64,000 nt of DNA from IMG/VR virus record IMGVR_UViG_3300022752_000015, positions 1-64,000 of that record. One strand, 5' to 3'. A model generated the notes under the pieces. That model searched no databases. It was not told where the DNA came from and worked only from the letters and a program-made list of their open reading frames with translations. The translations under genes were made by a program, and so were the position numbers. This document shows positions 43,637-53,900 of the stretch, in pieces (position 1 is the stretch's first letter; each line of letters begins with the position of its first letter).

Positions 43637-44095
43637 TTATAAAGAAATTATATCTTCATACTTTTTACAAGAAGTATTGCTATTCTTGAATATCTCATCT
43701 GTAGCAGACTCTTTATCTAAATAATCGACTTCATAGACAACATTTTGAATTCCGCTATTCACGATGCGACGGGCACACATTGAGCAAGGCTTATGAGTAC
43801 ATAACATGATTAGTCCAGATCGAAGTTCATAAGGCTTGCAAAGATGAAAAAGAGCATTTTCTTCGGCATGGAGAAATCCTGAGTTACCGTGGTCTAAAGA
43901 ACTTCTCTCGTTAGGCCCGCCTTTGTATCCTCCGTTATACCCGATAGCACAAACTTCTCTAAAGTCTGGAGTGATAATAATTGAAGCTACCTTATATTTC
44001 GGATCATATGAAAGAACAGACAGGTCCCTGCACATTTGCATGAAAACAGAAAGCTTTAATTTTTTCCTATCAATCATTTCAGCTAGCCGGATCAA
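43637..44095 (-). CDS. dCMP deaminase
   Basis: IGYNG, HAEENA, PCSMC. Confidence 0.9.
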   Translation of the reverse strand: MIRLAEMIDRKKLKLSVFMQMCRDLSVLSYDPKYKVASIIITPDFREVCAIGYNGGYKGGPNERSSLDHGNSGFLHAEENALFHLCKPYELRSGLIMLCTHKPCSMCARRIVNSGIQNVVYEVDYLDKESATDEIFKNSNTSCKKYEDIISL

Positions 44096-44642
44096 ATATT
44101 ACTGGATGACACTTTAAACATCTTGGTTCATAAAGTTCAGCTCCGCCGACCTCTATTTCATTTCCTCCAATCTGCTTTTTGTATGTGTAATGAGCATCTT
44201 TGTTGCAGACTGTACAGACCGCCGTCCGTTTTTCCACCTGAGTTGCCCAAGGCAGCATTTTTTCAATTTCATTGAATGGTTTTCCGCTGGCTGATAGATC
44301 TAATGACGATACCACTATCGAATATCCACTTCTATAAAGCCAGACTAAAACTTTCGAAATACCTGGTATCATGAATGCTTCATCAACAGCCACGACATGA
44401 GGATTTTCATTCATCTCTGACAATTTTTCAAGTATGTCGGTTCCTTCTTTTATGCAAATGGCAGGTACTTTCCACCCGCTATGAGTACAAATATACTCTT
44501 CACTGTATCTATCATCTAAGCGTGGCTTAAACACAGCCACTCGTTTGTTTTGGTATTTAAAACGATCTATTGAAGACAGCAGTCCGGTTGTTTTGCTAGA
44601 AAACATTGGACCCGTATAGAGTATGAATTGAGGATTTGACAT
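44079..44642 (-). CDS. tdk: thymidine kinase
   Basis: GPMFSSKT, VDEAF, CTVC, GGAELYEPRCLKC. Confidence 0.93.
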   Translation of the reverse strand: MSNPQFILYTGPMFSSKTTGLLSSIDRFKYQNKRVAVFKPRLDDRYSEEYICTHSGWKVPAICIKEGTDILEKLSEMNENPHVVAVDEAFMIPGISKVLVWLYRSGYSIVVSSLDLSASGKPFNEIEKMLPWATQVEKRTAVCTVCNKDAHYTYKKQIGGNEIEVGGAELYEPRCLKCHPVIFDPAS

Positions 44643-44648
44643 AACACC

Positions 44649-45647
44649 TTATTTGTTAAAAAATTTATAGCCGTTAAATTCCGTTGATTTCAAAAGGTCT
44701 AACTTAAAGTTTTCAGAATCAACACCTTTTAACTTATTTGCTCTATGCGAAATTAAAATCTTGCACCAATCATTCCAATATTCAGAACCAGCATTGAGAT
44801 TAGAAGCCAACTGTTTTAATTCATCAATAGTCTGACAATTTCTGCACTTGGATTCTTGCTCCAAAATATATTCTAAAGGTAGTTTACCCTTTGGTAGCTT
44901 CGGCATTTCTAAACTAAAAAACTCTCGTTTTTTTAGAATTTCTTCTACCATTCCAAAATGCTTTTCATAAATATGCAAAGAATTGCTTACGTGAGTATAC
45001 TCACCAACGCTTATAGACCTGTTCAACCTATCCGATAATTGATTAGCCAACAACTCTTGAAACAACGTGAATGCAGGAACATCATACGCAATTCCTAAGA
45101 TGAGATCAGATGATCTCATAGAGACTATCATGTGAACCTGATCGTTACGCAAAAAAAACTGCAAAGACAAAGTGCAAGGAACGTCCTTTGAGGCTAGGAT
45201 AGAATCCTGAGGAGATCTAATATGAATGACGGCTCGGCGAGAATCTGGATCTGCCGTCAGTTCATTCAAGATGTAATCCCATTGTGTCCAAGAAGGATCG
45301 ATTTGACCAGCAATTCTTGAATGAGGATTAAAAATCCTGGCACCGTAAGCGCTGTTAGCTGTAGTGCCATCATCAGAAATGTTCTTCCAAAAAGAAGAAT
45401 AATTCGATATCCATTCAGTGGAATCGTTTCCAGAAAGATACCACAAAGACTCTGCAACAAAATATGATAAGCTAAAGTCTCTTTGCTCTACATACGGTAA
45501 TCTATCAAGAGGATTAGAAATCCTGAATGATACGCCCAACTTTTCTCTGATCTTCTGCCCTCGAGGAGAAGAAACAAAGTCAGGATGCTTGTAGACGTCT
45601 AGAAGCAGATCATAGTAGGCTTCAGTGAAGCTAGAAAAAACTTTCAT
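44649..45647 (-). CDS. thymidylate-synthase-family enzyme, probable dCMP hydroxymethylase/methylase
   Basis: AYGAR, DSRRAV, DVPCT, MRSSDLILGIAYD (Asp at the nucleotide-specificity site), SLHIY. Confidence 0.8.
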   Translation of the reverse strand: MKVFSSFTEAYYDLLLDVYKHPDFVSSPRGQKIREKLGVSFRISNPLDRLPYVEQRDFSLSYFVAESLWYLSGNDSTEWISNYSSFWKNISDDGTTANSAYGARIFNPHSRIAGQIDPSWTQWDYILNELTADPDSRRAVIHIRSPQDSILASKDVPCTLSLQFFLRNDQVHMIVSMRSSDLILGIAYDVPAFTLFQELLANQLSDRLNRSISVGEYTHVSNSLHIYEKHFGMVEEILKKREFFSLEMPKLPKGKLPLEYILEQESKCRNCQTIDELKQLASNLNAGSEYWNDWCKILISHRANKLKGVDSENFKLDLLKSTEFNGYKFFNK

Positions 45648-46624
45648 ATATTCTCTTTATCACTCAACGTTTTAATTAGTTCCCAATTGTCCTGATACCA
45701 CTGGATTGTTTTTTCCAATCCTTCCCAAAAATACACCAGGGGAGTGTAACCTAAAACTTCTTTTGTCCTAGAAATATCAGCTTGAGTGTGCATGACATCA
45801 CCAGGTCTCCAAGGAGCATCATGGTATTTCGCATCAGGAAATTTTTTCAACAAAAATTGCAAAATTTCTCTATTTGTTGTCCTGTCGCCACAAGCCACAT
45901 TTAAAGTTTCAGACTTTAATGGGAAATTTGCCTTTGCTGCTCTTACGCATGCATCGGCAACATTATCAACATAACACATGTCGCGAGATTGCGTTCCGTC
46001 TCCGTCAGAACGCATCAAAGTCCCCTTCATAATTGCATTGACCCACGCAGAAACCGCTGTGGAATAAGGAGAATTTCCTAACTGATTTGGACCAAAGACG
46101 TTAAAGAACCTTAGGCTGACTGAATCGAACCCATAAAGATCATAATACATCTTCAAATAATCTTCAATTATAGATTTTTGCAAAGCGTAAGGTGATTTAG
46201 GGTTCTTTACAGCATTAGGAGGAGTTGGTAGCTGGTCAGCACCTCCGTAAACAGATGACGAGGATGCAAAGACAAAACGTTTAATCTTTCCTCGACAAGC
46301 ATCAATCAATTTCATTGTTGCTGTCACGTTTGCGTTGTGAGATTCAAGAGGAAAATCGACGGAATAACTCACGCGCGGGACGGCAGCCAAGTGTATAACA
46401 ACATCATACAATCCAGACCTTATCTTTGCTAAGATTGTTTCGGAGTCAAAGCTGGCAATCGTAATGTTACGATCCAGCAGCGAGGGATCAACAAACGACA
46501 TGTGACCGTTTGACAGATCGTCAACGATGTCAAATTCTATATTTTCTGCCATTAATCTTTTTGCGACGTTACTGCCTATGAAGCCCGCACCACCCGTCAA
46601 TAAAATTCTCATATGATTATACAC
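45644..46624 (-). CDS. NAD-dependent NDP-sugar epimerase/dehydratase
   Basis: TGGAGFIG, ASSSSVYG, YALQK, LRFFNVFGP. Confidence 0.92.
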   Translation of the reverse strand: MYNHMRILLTGGAGFIGSNVAKRLMAENIEFDIVDDLSNGHMSFVDPSLLDRNITIASFDSETILAKIRSGLYDVVIHLAAVPRVSYSVDFPLESHNANVTATMKLIDACRGKIKRFVFASSSSVYGGADQLPTPPNAVKNPKSPYALQKSIIEDYLKMYYDLYGFDSVSLRFFNVFGPNQLGNSPYSTAVSAWVNAIMKGTLMRSDGDGTQSRDMCYVDNVADACVRAAKANFPLKSETLNVACGDRTTNREILQFLLKKFPDAKYHDAPWRPGDVMHTQADISRTKEVLGYTPLVYFWEGLEKTIQWYQDNWELIKTLSDKENI

Positions 46625-46664
46625 CTTTTTTAATTATAAACAAGCTTGTTTCATATTTACAATT

Positions 46665-47393
46665 ATGAGAACGTTTAATGTCATCAATAAATCGACCAAC
46701 GTTTCCGAAGCAGATTTAACCCTCATGGTTGAAGCCTGCAAAATACAGTTAGCCCAACATGCAGCCCCACTCCTGGAAAGGGTGCCGTGGGAGATAAAGG
46801 TAGGTGGTAATGATGGATTCCCCGTTGTTCTTATTGACTCTCCAGATGTTGCTGGTGCTCTTGGATACCATACGCAAGATCCTGACGGAAGAGTTTGGTG
46901 TAGAGTTTTTACGGACCCGTTACTAAAACATGGTGGAACAACACTAAAGGGCACTCATGCAGTCTCTACCGTGTTATCACATGAAATACTTGAAACCTTC
47001 TATAATCCGTACATCAATCTGTGGTCTAACAGAGGAGATCACACATTCGTTGCGTTAGAACTATGCGACCCTGTTCAAGGAGACTCGTACGAGATTGATG
47101 TCAATGGTACACCCGTTTCTGTCTCTAACTTTGTGCTTGAAGCTTGGTTTGATAGGGAAATGAGTAAAGCGGGTAGATTCGATTATATGAACACTATAAA
47201 AAAGCCTCTAGATATGTCCAGAGGCGGGTATACTATTATTTTTAATAGTGAAACAGGTGAAGTCAAATCAGTATTTGCTAGCAAAGAAGGAGAAGACTTA
47301 CATAACCTCTTGAAACCTGGGCATCCTGCTTCTAGATCGTCTCGTAACAAAAGTGATTGTCCGCTGAGACAACACACGTTACCTACGTACTAA
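46665..47393 (+). CDS. putative metallopeptidase-like protein
   Basis: ALGYH, VLSHEILE, ELCDPV, VSNFV motifs. Confidence 0.55.
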   Translation: MRTFNVINKSTNVSEADLTLMVEACKIQLAQHAAPLLERVPWEIKVGGNDGFPVVLIDSPDVAGALGYHTQDPDGRVWCRVFTDPLLKHGGTTLKGTHAVSTVLSHEILETFYNPYINLWSNRGDHTFVALELCDPVQGDSYEIDVNGTPVSVSNFVLEAWFDREMSKAGRFDYMNTIKKPLDMSRGGYTIIFNSETGEVKSVFASKEGEDLHNLLKPGHPASRSSRNKSDCPLRQHTLPTY

Positions 47394-47578
47394 GAAGATT
47401 TTGAAGAATAGTTATCAGCAGCCCATCCAGAACCCTTCAAGACAAATGTTGATTTGCTTATAAGTCTTCGTAAAAAGTCAGTTTTACAACGAGGGCAGTT
47501 TGTCAATGGTGGATCTTTGATTGATTGTTCCGCTTCAAACTGATGATTGCAAGCTTTGCATTCATATTCATACGTCAT
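47390..47578 (-). CDS. FmdB-family zinc-ribbon protein
   Basis: YEYECKAC...CPRC...RRLIS...FVLKGSGW. Confidence 0.88.
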   Translation of the reverse strand: MTYEYECKACNHQFEAEQSIKDPPLTNCPRCKTDFLRRLISKSTFVLKGSGWAADNYSSKSS

Positions 47579-48372
47579 ACAATTCCTCCTTGCGAAGTAA
47601 TTTTTACAGGGAACATAACCGAAGTTCCGACAAATGGAGACGTACCAGGCTGTCTAACTAAGCTTAAAGGACCATTAGCAGTAGCAAGATCACATTTCAT
47701 TGGATCTTGCAGAACGTCAGATAAGCGATGTATGACACCGTCGATCCAACAAGCTTGAGAAACAAGCTGACAAATTTGAGAATAATCAGAGTGTTTCATA
47801 TCATGAGCAGTTGCATTCGGCTGGATCACTGATATTGTCGATCCATTTAGCTTGTTCTGCTTGGATCCAGTTGGGTGACCTTTTATACCCTTGTAGTTCG
47901 TGCCAACGAAATGCCACCCATAGTTACAAGCTCTTCTAGGATTTAAGTCTAATTTCTTATCTAAAATCCAATGCTTTCCAGGGGAGGCTACTAATCCTGT
48001 CACATTAAACCCAACTTTTCCATTTACCATTTTGCTGTGTTTGATCATAGAATCGACTGTTGAAGATATCGTCATAGGACAGGGTTCTACTCGGTGCGTA
48101 GCATTGATAAACATTAAGTCAGCGATGTGTGTTGTCAATAAAGACGCATTAAATACATCTGCTAGCTTTTGCTGAAGTTCTGCAGATACATTAACTCTTA
48201 TGCCGTCAATTTTCAATGCATCATTCATCACATTGAATTTAATGGTTCTTCCTCCTGAAGAAAATTCGAGAGGAACCCATTCTGCATCAAAATTGCCAGC
48301 TAAAACTTGATCAAAAATGTATTTTTCTCTATCAGCTAATTTTTCAGGAAAAGTCATAATCATTTCTTCCAA
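47575..48372 (-). CDS. conserved hypothetical protein
   Basis: IDGIRVNVS, GKHWI, NYGWH, IQP..TAH...DYSQ motifs. Confidence 0.65.
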   Translation of the reverse strand: MEEMIMTFPEKLADREKYIFDQVLAGNFDAEWVPLEFSSGGRTIKFNVMNDALKIDGIRVNVSAELQQKLADVFNASLLTTHIADLMFINATHRVEPCPMTISSTVDSMIKHSKMVNGKVGFNVTGLVASPGKHWILDKKLDLNPRRACNYGWHFVGTNYKGIKGHPTGSKQNKLNGSTISVIQPNATAHDMKHSDYSQICQLVSQACWIDGVIHRLSDVLQDPMKCDLATANGPLSLVRQPGTSPFVGTSVMFPVKITSQGGIV

Positions 48373-49361
48373 AAAGAGTACATGTTCTTTTCAATCTCAT
48401 AATCCATGTTCTTTATTTGTCTATCAGGCTGCTTCATAGCCCAGACAAACATTTCTTTAATCATATCTCTAAGATTAGTTTCATCTTTAAACCCTAACAG
48501 CTTATGAGCTTTACTGTGATCGCAGTATGCAGTGTGCACTTCATTGCGTTTTTCTAAATGAACCTTGGTCGCTTTAACTCCAAGCTCAGCTGCAACGTCC
48601 ATCACGAGATCGCAAGCTTCGTTAATTGTGAAATCTTTATCAGCTCCTATGTTGAAAGTTTCACCGTCAAAAGACGTCATAAGCTTTTCAAAAGGAGCCA
48701 TATAGAACTTGATGTCTGAAAAAGCACGTTTTTGTGTACCGTCTCCAAAGATAGTCAGCGGTTCTCCAACAAGAGCTTTACGAATCCAAATGCCTATAAC
48801 GTTTCGATACCTATCCCAAATATTTTGATAAATGCCAACAACGTTGTGCGGGCGAACAATGCTGTATCTTAGTCCAAACATTTCATGCGCAAGTTTGAGA
48901 TCCATCTCTACTGCATATTTCGCAATACCGTAAGGATCCTCTGGGGTTGGTAGCTGATCTTCTGTAAAGGGTGGATTGCCTACTCCGTATACCGCCATCG
49001 ATGAGGTAAAAACAATCTTTTTGATATCATGATTTACACAAGCATTAATTACATTAGCGGAAGCTAACACGTTGTTTGTGTAGTTGTAATTTCTAATGAA
49101 AGGACTCAATCCTTCTGCTGCGTACGCAGCAAAATGGAAAACATAATCAGGTTTTTCTTTTGCAAATACCTCTTCTGTTTTATGACGATCTACCAAGTCT
49201 ACGTCGTAGAATGTCATTTCTTTTGGAACAGAATCTAGATATCCGCCGCTTAAATCATCAATCCCAACGACATCATAACCTCTGGACAACAGATATCTAG
49301 AAAAATTTGCCCCAAGAAGTCCAGCTACGCCTGTGATTAGAACCTTATCTTTTTTCATCAT
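48360..49361 (-). CDS. NAD-dependent NDP-sugar epimerase/dehydratase
   Basis: TGVAGLLG, TSSMAVYG, YGIAK, RPHNVVG. Confidence 0.92.
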   Translation of the reverse strand: MMKKDKVLITGVAGLLGANFSRYLLSRGYDVVGIDDLSGGYLDSVPKEMTFYDVDLVDRHKTEEVFAKEKPDYVFHFAAYAAEGLSPFIRNYNYTNNVLASANVINACVNHDIKKIVFTSSMAVYGVGNPPFTEDQLPTPEDPYGIAKYAVEMDLKLAHEMFGLRYSIVRPHNVVGIYQNIWDRYRNVIGIWIRKALVGEPLTIFGDGTQKRAFSDIKFYMAPFEKLMTSFDGETFNIGADKDFTINEACDLVMDVAAELGVKATKVHLEKRNEVHTAYCDHSKAHKLLGFKDETNLRDMIKEMFVWAMKQPDRQIKNMDYEIEKNMYSFWKK

Positions 49362-50386
49362 ACGAGTGTCTCCAAGAAATCTATTACGTCGCTTACAGAA
49401 AATACATTCTTATTTTTCAAAATCGTCATTTGTTCTTTGACTAAAGAAACTCTGAATTCGTACGAAAGCTTGCTGATGTATTTGACTTGAGCGATTACTT
49501 GTTCTGACGTCGATACTGTCCACTCACTTCCTAGTAAGTTTGGGATCAAAAACTCTGATGGGACCAAAGCGGGCGTGCCCACAGCCATATTTTCTAAGTA
49601 ACGAGGAGATGCAAACCCGCGCTTAGCGTATTCTGGCTTGGTTATGTGCGTTGCGCAGATAAAAGAATTCAATCTTTTCATTGAATCATGAAAATTCAAA
49701 CGCTGCGCAAATGAGACGTAGGGATGCTCTTTTATCAAGGACGTGGGATGTTCTCTCTCAGGAGAAACTTCTAACCAGTTACCATGAACCGTCGTCTGTA
49801 TTCCTAAATTTCTAAGCTCTCTTGACGGTGAGGAATAGTATCTATAAAACGCTTCTGGTCTTTCATAATTGTTTCCTACGTAGCCGTATTCAAAAGACAC
49901 GTTGGACGGTTGCAACAAAAATTGCCAATCTGTCCAAAACATCAATCTTTCTCTTTTTCTGGTCAAATATCTTGGCTCAAATGCAGGATCTGCAATTATA
50001 GCTTTAGGCCATGCGAGCTCATCTTCTGGAGTCACCTTGTAATCACAATCCCAAATAACAACAGGAATCTTTCCATGATAATGCCGAAGAAGCTCGTTTT
50101 GTCTGAGCAGATCAGGTTCGGCAGGATTTTCTCCTGAATTTTTATACGTTGGCCAACGCCACTCAACGAACAAAACATCTATGTCAGGAAATCCCTCATC
50201 ATAATTGATGTTTTTATATGGCACAACTTCTCTACGTTTTTGTAATGCATAAATCTGGTGTCCTGACGTGACGGCTGCGTTCACAAAAATAGGACGACCA
50301 TACCGATGACCATCAGGCGTTTTTGCTTCTCCTGATGTCCCAAAAGGTTCACAAAAACCCCAATAACTAATTCCGATGCGCATCAT
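49358..50386 (-). CDS. GT-B glycosyltransferase resembling T4 DNA beta-glucosyltransferase
   Basis: MRIGI..WG, YGYVGN...R, VHGNW, FASPRYLENMA..ALVPSEF, comparable to BGT FITLRVWETMA..MLIDEEF (from memory). Confidence 0.7.
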   Translation of the reverse strand: MMRIGISYWGFCEPFGTSGEAKTPDGHRYGRPIFVNAAVTSGHQIYALQKRREVVPYKNINYDEGFPDIDVLFVEWRWPTYKNSGENPAEPDLLRQNELLRHYHGKIPVVIWDCDYKVTPEDELAWPKAIIADPAFEPRYLTRKRERLMFWTDWQFLLQPSNVSFEYGYVGNNYERPEAFYRYYSSPSRELRNLGIQTTVHGNWLEVSPEREHPTSLIKEHPYVSFAQRLNFHDSMKRLNSFICATHITKPEYAKRGFASPRYLENMAVGTPALVPSEFLIPNLLGSEWTVSTSEQVIAQVKYISKLSYEFRVSLVKEQMTILKNKNVFSVSDVIDFLETLV

Positions 50387-50916
50387 GCCTCCTTTTTCAA
50401 GAATTTACGAATGGTCTCCATTTCCCATTCTAGGTTTTCAGAATCAATGCAAAAGCGTAATACGTCACATTTGGTCCACTTTGCAAATTCTTCATACATG
50501 TCTGACAATTTTTGTAGATGATATTCACCTATGTTATGAATATCGTCTTTTAGACCAGAATAAGAAGTCCTATACGGAATGACTATCTTAACGCCAAAAG
50601 AAGCTGCAAGAAAATCAATATGAGACAGAGCATCATGATCGGTCTTTCTATCATAAACTCTTGAATACACCCATTCGGAAGGATACGATCGATCAAGAAT
50701 AACAGACGTCTTGGTGTCTCGAAGAAAAGTGTAGAAGTAAGGGTCTCCATATCGAAGAGCCTTCACGAAATAATCTGGATCTGAGCTAAATGCTTTCCAT
50801 TCTGATTTGTTCTTGAAATATGGAATCTCCATTCGTCTCGAAAGCTCACGAGCCATTTCGGTCTTGCCAACCTTGTCACATCCTTCGAAAATTACGATAG
50901 TGTTCATGTTATTCAT
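50383..50916 (-). CDS. thymidylate-kinase-like dNMP kinase
   Basis: IFEGCDKVGKT P-loop; ILDRSYPSEWVY. Confidence 0.85.
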   Translation of the reverse strand: MNNMNTIVIFEGCDKVGKTEMARELSRRMEIPYFKNKSEWKAFSSDPDYFVKALRYGDPYFYTFLRDTKTSVILDRSYPSEWVYSRVYDRKTDHDALSHIDFLAASFGVKIVIPYRTSYSGLKDDIHNIGEYHLQKLSDMYEEFAKWTKCDVLRFCIDSENLEWEMETIRKFLKKEA

Positions 50917-53900
50917 CGATTACCTTAACCTTGCTCATAAAAGTTTTATTACCGTAATTATCGACAGTAATTTCTGCTATGCATGTGGAGTACTTCGGCA
51001 ACTCAGTTCGGCCATCCCATCCCCAACAAAAGATCCGACGGGTTTGGCCTTCGAGGCCTATTGCCGTCAGAAGCAAGTATGGCTTTCCGTTCTTCGTCTT
51101 TTTTTCTTTTACGTCAGAAATAATGAACCAATAAACGTCAGTTTGCTCGATGAGGTCGATGGATTTGACGCCTTTAGATTCTAGCTTTGCAATCAGTTCT
51201 TGAGAAACTAAAATGTTAGAGTTGAATGATCCAAGATATTTCACACTGTTGTCAACCAACTCCCCACGAGTCCACTCATCTATGTCATTTGTTTCTATCA
51301 AAAGATTTCGAAAGTTTTCCATACCGAGAGTAGGATTTTTCTTTGAAGTTTTCTTGATGTCGGCACCTTTATCAATCAAGATGTGATGCATCTGTTTGTA
51401 GCTGTTGAATGTTTTTCCTTCGCCCACGCAGTCAAGAGAGTCAAACGCTCTGATGGAGATGAGACCTTCAAAAGCTCGCTTGTTAAATTTGGAATGTTTC
51501 CATGAACCATCATCATTCCACAACATCTCTTCGACACTCTTGTAAGGTCTGTTCTCGACGATTTCATCGATAGCAGCCTCTCCAATTCCCTTGCAAGACA
51601 AGAAGCTTGGCATGAATCGTTTACCTTCCAAGATTGTCCAGCTCTTTGTCGCGTAGTTTACGTCAATTGGAACGATCTTATATCCTAGCGCTTTTACTTC
51701 TGAAAAAGCTTTGGCTCGTTTCTCGTCGTTTCCTGACATCGATTCGAGATATGCGCATAGCCATTCCTCTTCATAATAAGTCAAGAGCCAAGCGCAATAG
51801 TAAGAATCAATTGCATAAGACACGGCATGCGAGGCATTAAAGCCGTATCCAGAGAAGAATAGAATCTTATCGTATAGTTCAGATGCGACCTTCTCGTTGA
51901 CGCCATTCTTCACGGCACCTAACACGAACTCTTCTTTTGCTTTCCTCGCATCCGCTGCAGCATCGTCTTTCTTAGACGCGCTGCGCTTCATAATGTTACG
52001 ACGGATGGTGTCAGTCTCAGCCTCAGGGAATCCCGCCACCACAGAACATAACCTCATGGTCTGCTCTTGAAAGATGATACAACCGTATGTAGACTCGAGG
52101 ACTTTTTTGATCAATGGATGTTGATAGTCAATCTTGTCAGGATTATTCTTTGCATCAATATAAAGTTTATCCACGTTAGCCGCAAGAGGACCAGGACGAT
52201 AGATCGAAGTAAGAGTGGCAATGTCGATGATGCTACGTGGTTTAGCCTTCGTAAACAGCCGCTGAGCACCTGTTTGTGTTAGCTGGAAGATACCTGCGAA
52301 CCTACCTTCGTGGTAAACATATTCGTAGACCTTTTGATCGTTCAGATCAATGTTCTTCGGATCCATATGCTTATCAAACCACGCTCGAATTTGCTTAAAA
52401 TCAGGATTCTTTACACCTTCCCGGCGCTCGAGGATTAGGCCGATGCATCGTTCGATGATACGTAAGGTTTCAAGACCTAGCAGATCGAACTTGATCCACC
52501 CAAATTCTTCGAGATGTTTATAGTTCATGCCTTCGACCCAAGGTGTCTGGGCCTCACCACGAGCAAGGATTAGAGGCATTCTTTCGGCGACATCTTCTGA
52601 TACGATGACGCCACCGGCGTGGCGGCCCAAAGAACGGTTTTGCTTGAATAAAATCTCAATTGGTTCGGCCACCTCGGGATGTGCAGCAATGAAGTCTTGT
52701 AGAGACTTTGAATACTTGATGGCGTCTTCGTATGTAAGAACGAACAAGTTCTTGTCTGTTCCTGGTTTAAAGACCTCCTTCTTGACATCATCCTCGACGG
52801 GAGCAAGAGCAGCGTTGACTTCCTCAAAAGGGATGCTGTAGAATCGAGCAATATCTTTAATGAGGCTCTTTAACCTGAAGGTGTTGTAGTTGGAGATAGG
52901 AATGACGTTCCTTTCGCCAAGATTCTTTCTAAGAAGTTCGATCAATAAATCTCGATCAGAGATGTCAGAGTCAATATCAGGGGCGCCTGTTCTAGAAGGA
53001 TTCAAAAATCTTTCAAAAGAAAGATCATATTCAATTGGATCCAAATTCGTAATTCCAAGAACATAGGCTACAAGTGAACCAGCAGCTGATCCACGACCTG
53101 GTCCGATCAACATATGCTCACGAGCAATATCCATGATAGCCTTCATCGTCAAGAAGTACCTAGAGAACTTCTTACCTTTGATGATACCTAGCTCATATTT
53201 GATTCTGTCGATGTAGTCTTGTCTTGAGTCTAGACCTCTCCACTTCAATCCATTTTTACACGCAACCACGAGTGCCTTATCTTCCGTGGTTCCCTCAGGG
53301 ATCACGTAAGAAGGAAGCTTCATTGTCTTGTCAGGCTGAATGTCACCTAATTCGTTATGAACGATATCATGGGTTCTTTCAATCGCGTCCTTAACAAATT
53401 CATCGTCATAGAAATCCATGCCTTCCGTCGTAGACAAATAAGATTCCCACACCTGCTTGGCATTTTTGGGATACAATTCGCATTTTAAATCGTCCTTAGA
53501 CTTAGGCAACAAGCTTGGATCAAAGTTTTGATAGTTAAGCCAACCTAGCTTCTTATAAATCTCTCGTTCTTTCCAGTTTTCTGGTCGTGAATAGTGCGAG
53601 TCGCAAGTAACCACCACTCTATCGCGCAGGGAATTTCGTTTGGAAAACTCAATGAGAGCTCGATTAACAAGATGCTGAGCAGGGAGCTTGTTGAATTGTA
53701 GTTCAAGACACACGTTATCACGACCGACGGCATCAACTAACTTGTCGTAAGTGTTACTCATCGTAGCAATGATACGATCCAAAAGTGATCTGTCATTAAG
53801 CAATTGGTGTTTCAATTCTTCGAACGGAACCTTTTGAAGCTGTTCGAAAGCGTCGAAAGCCAAAGGACCGCCTAAACAAGCTGTGCTGATCATGAGATGA

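Noticed and set aside
44649-45647. Annotating the gene as ordinary thyA
   Set aside because: The specificity residue is Asp rather than Asn and the neighbours are sugar-transfer genes, so no symbol was assigned; dTMP synthase activity is not fully excluded.
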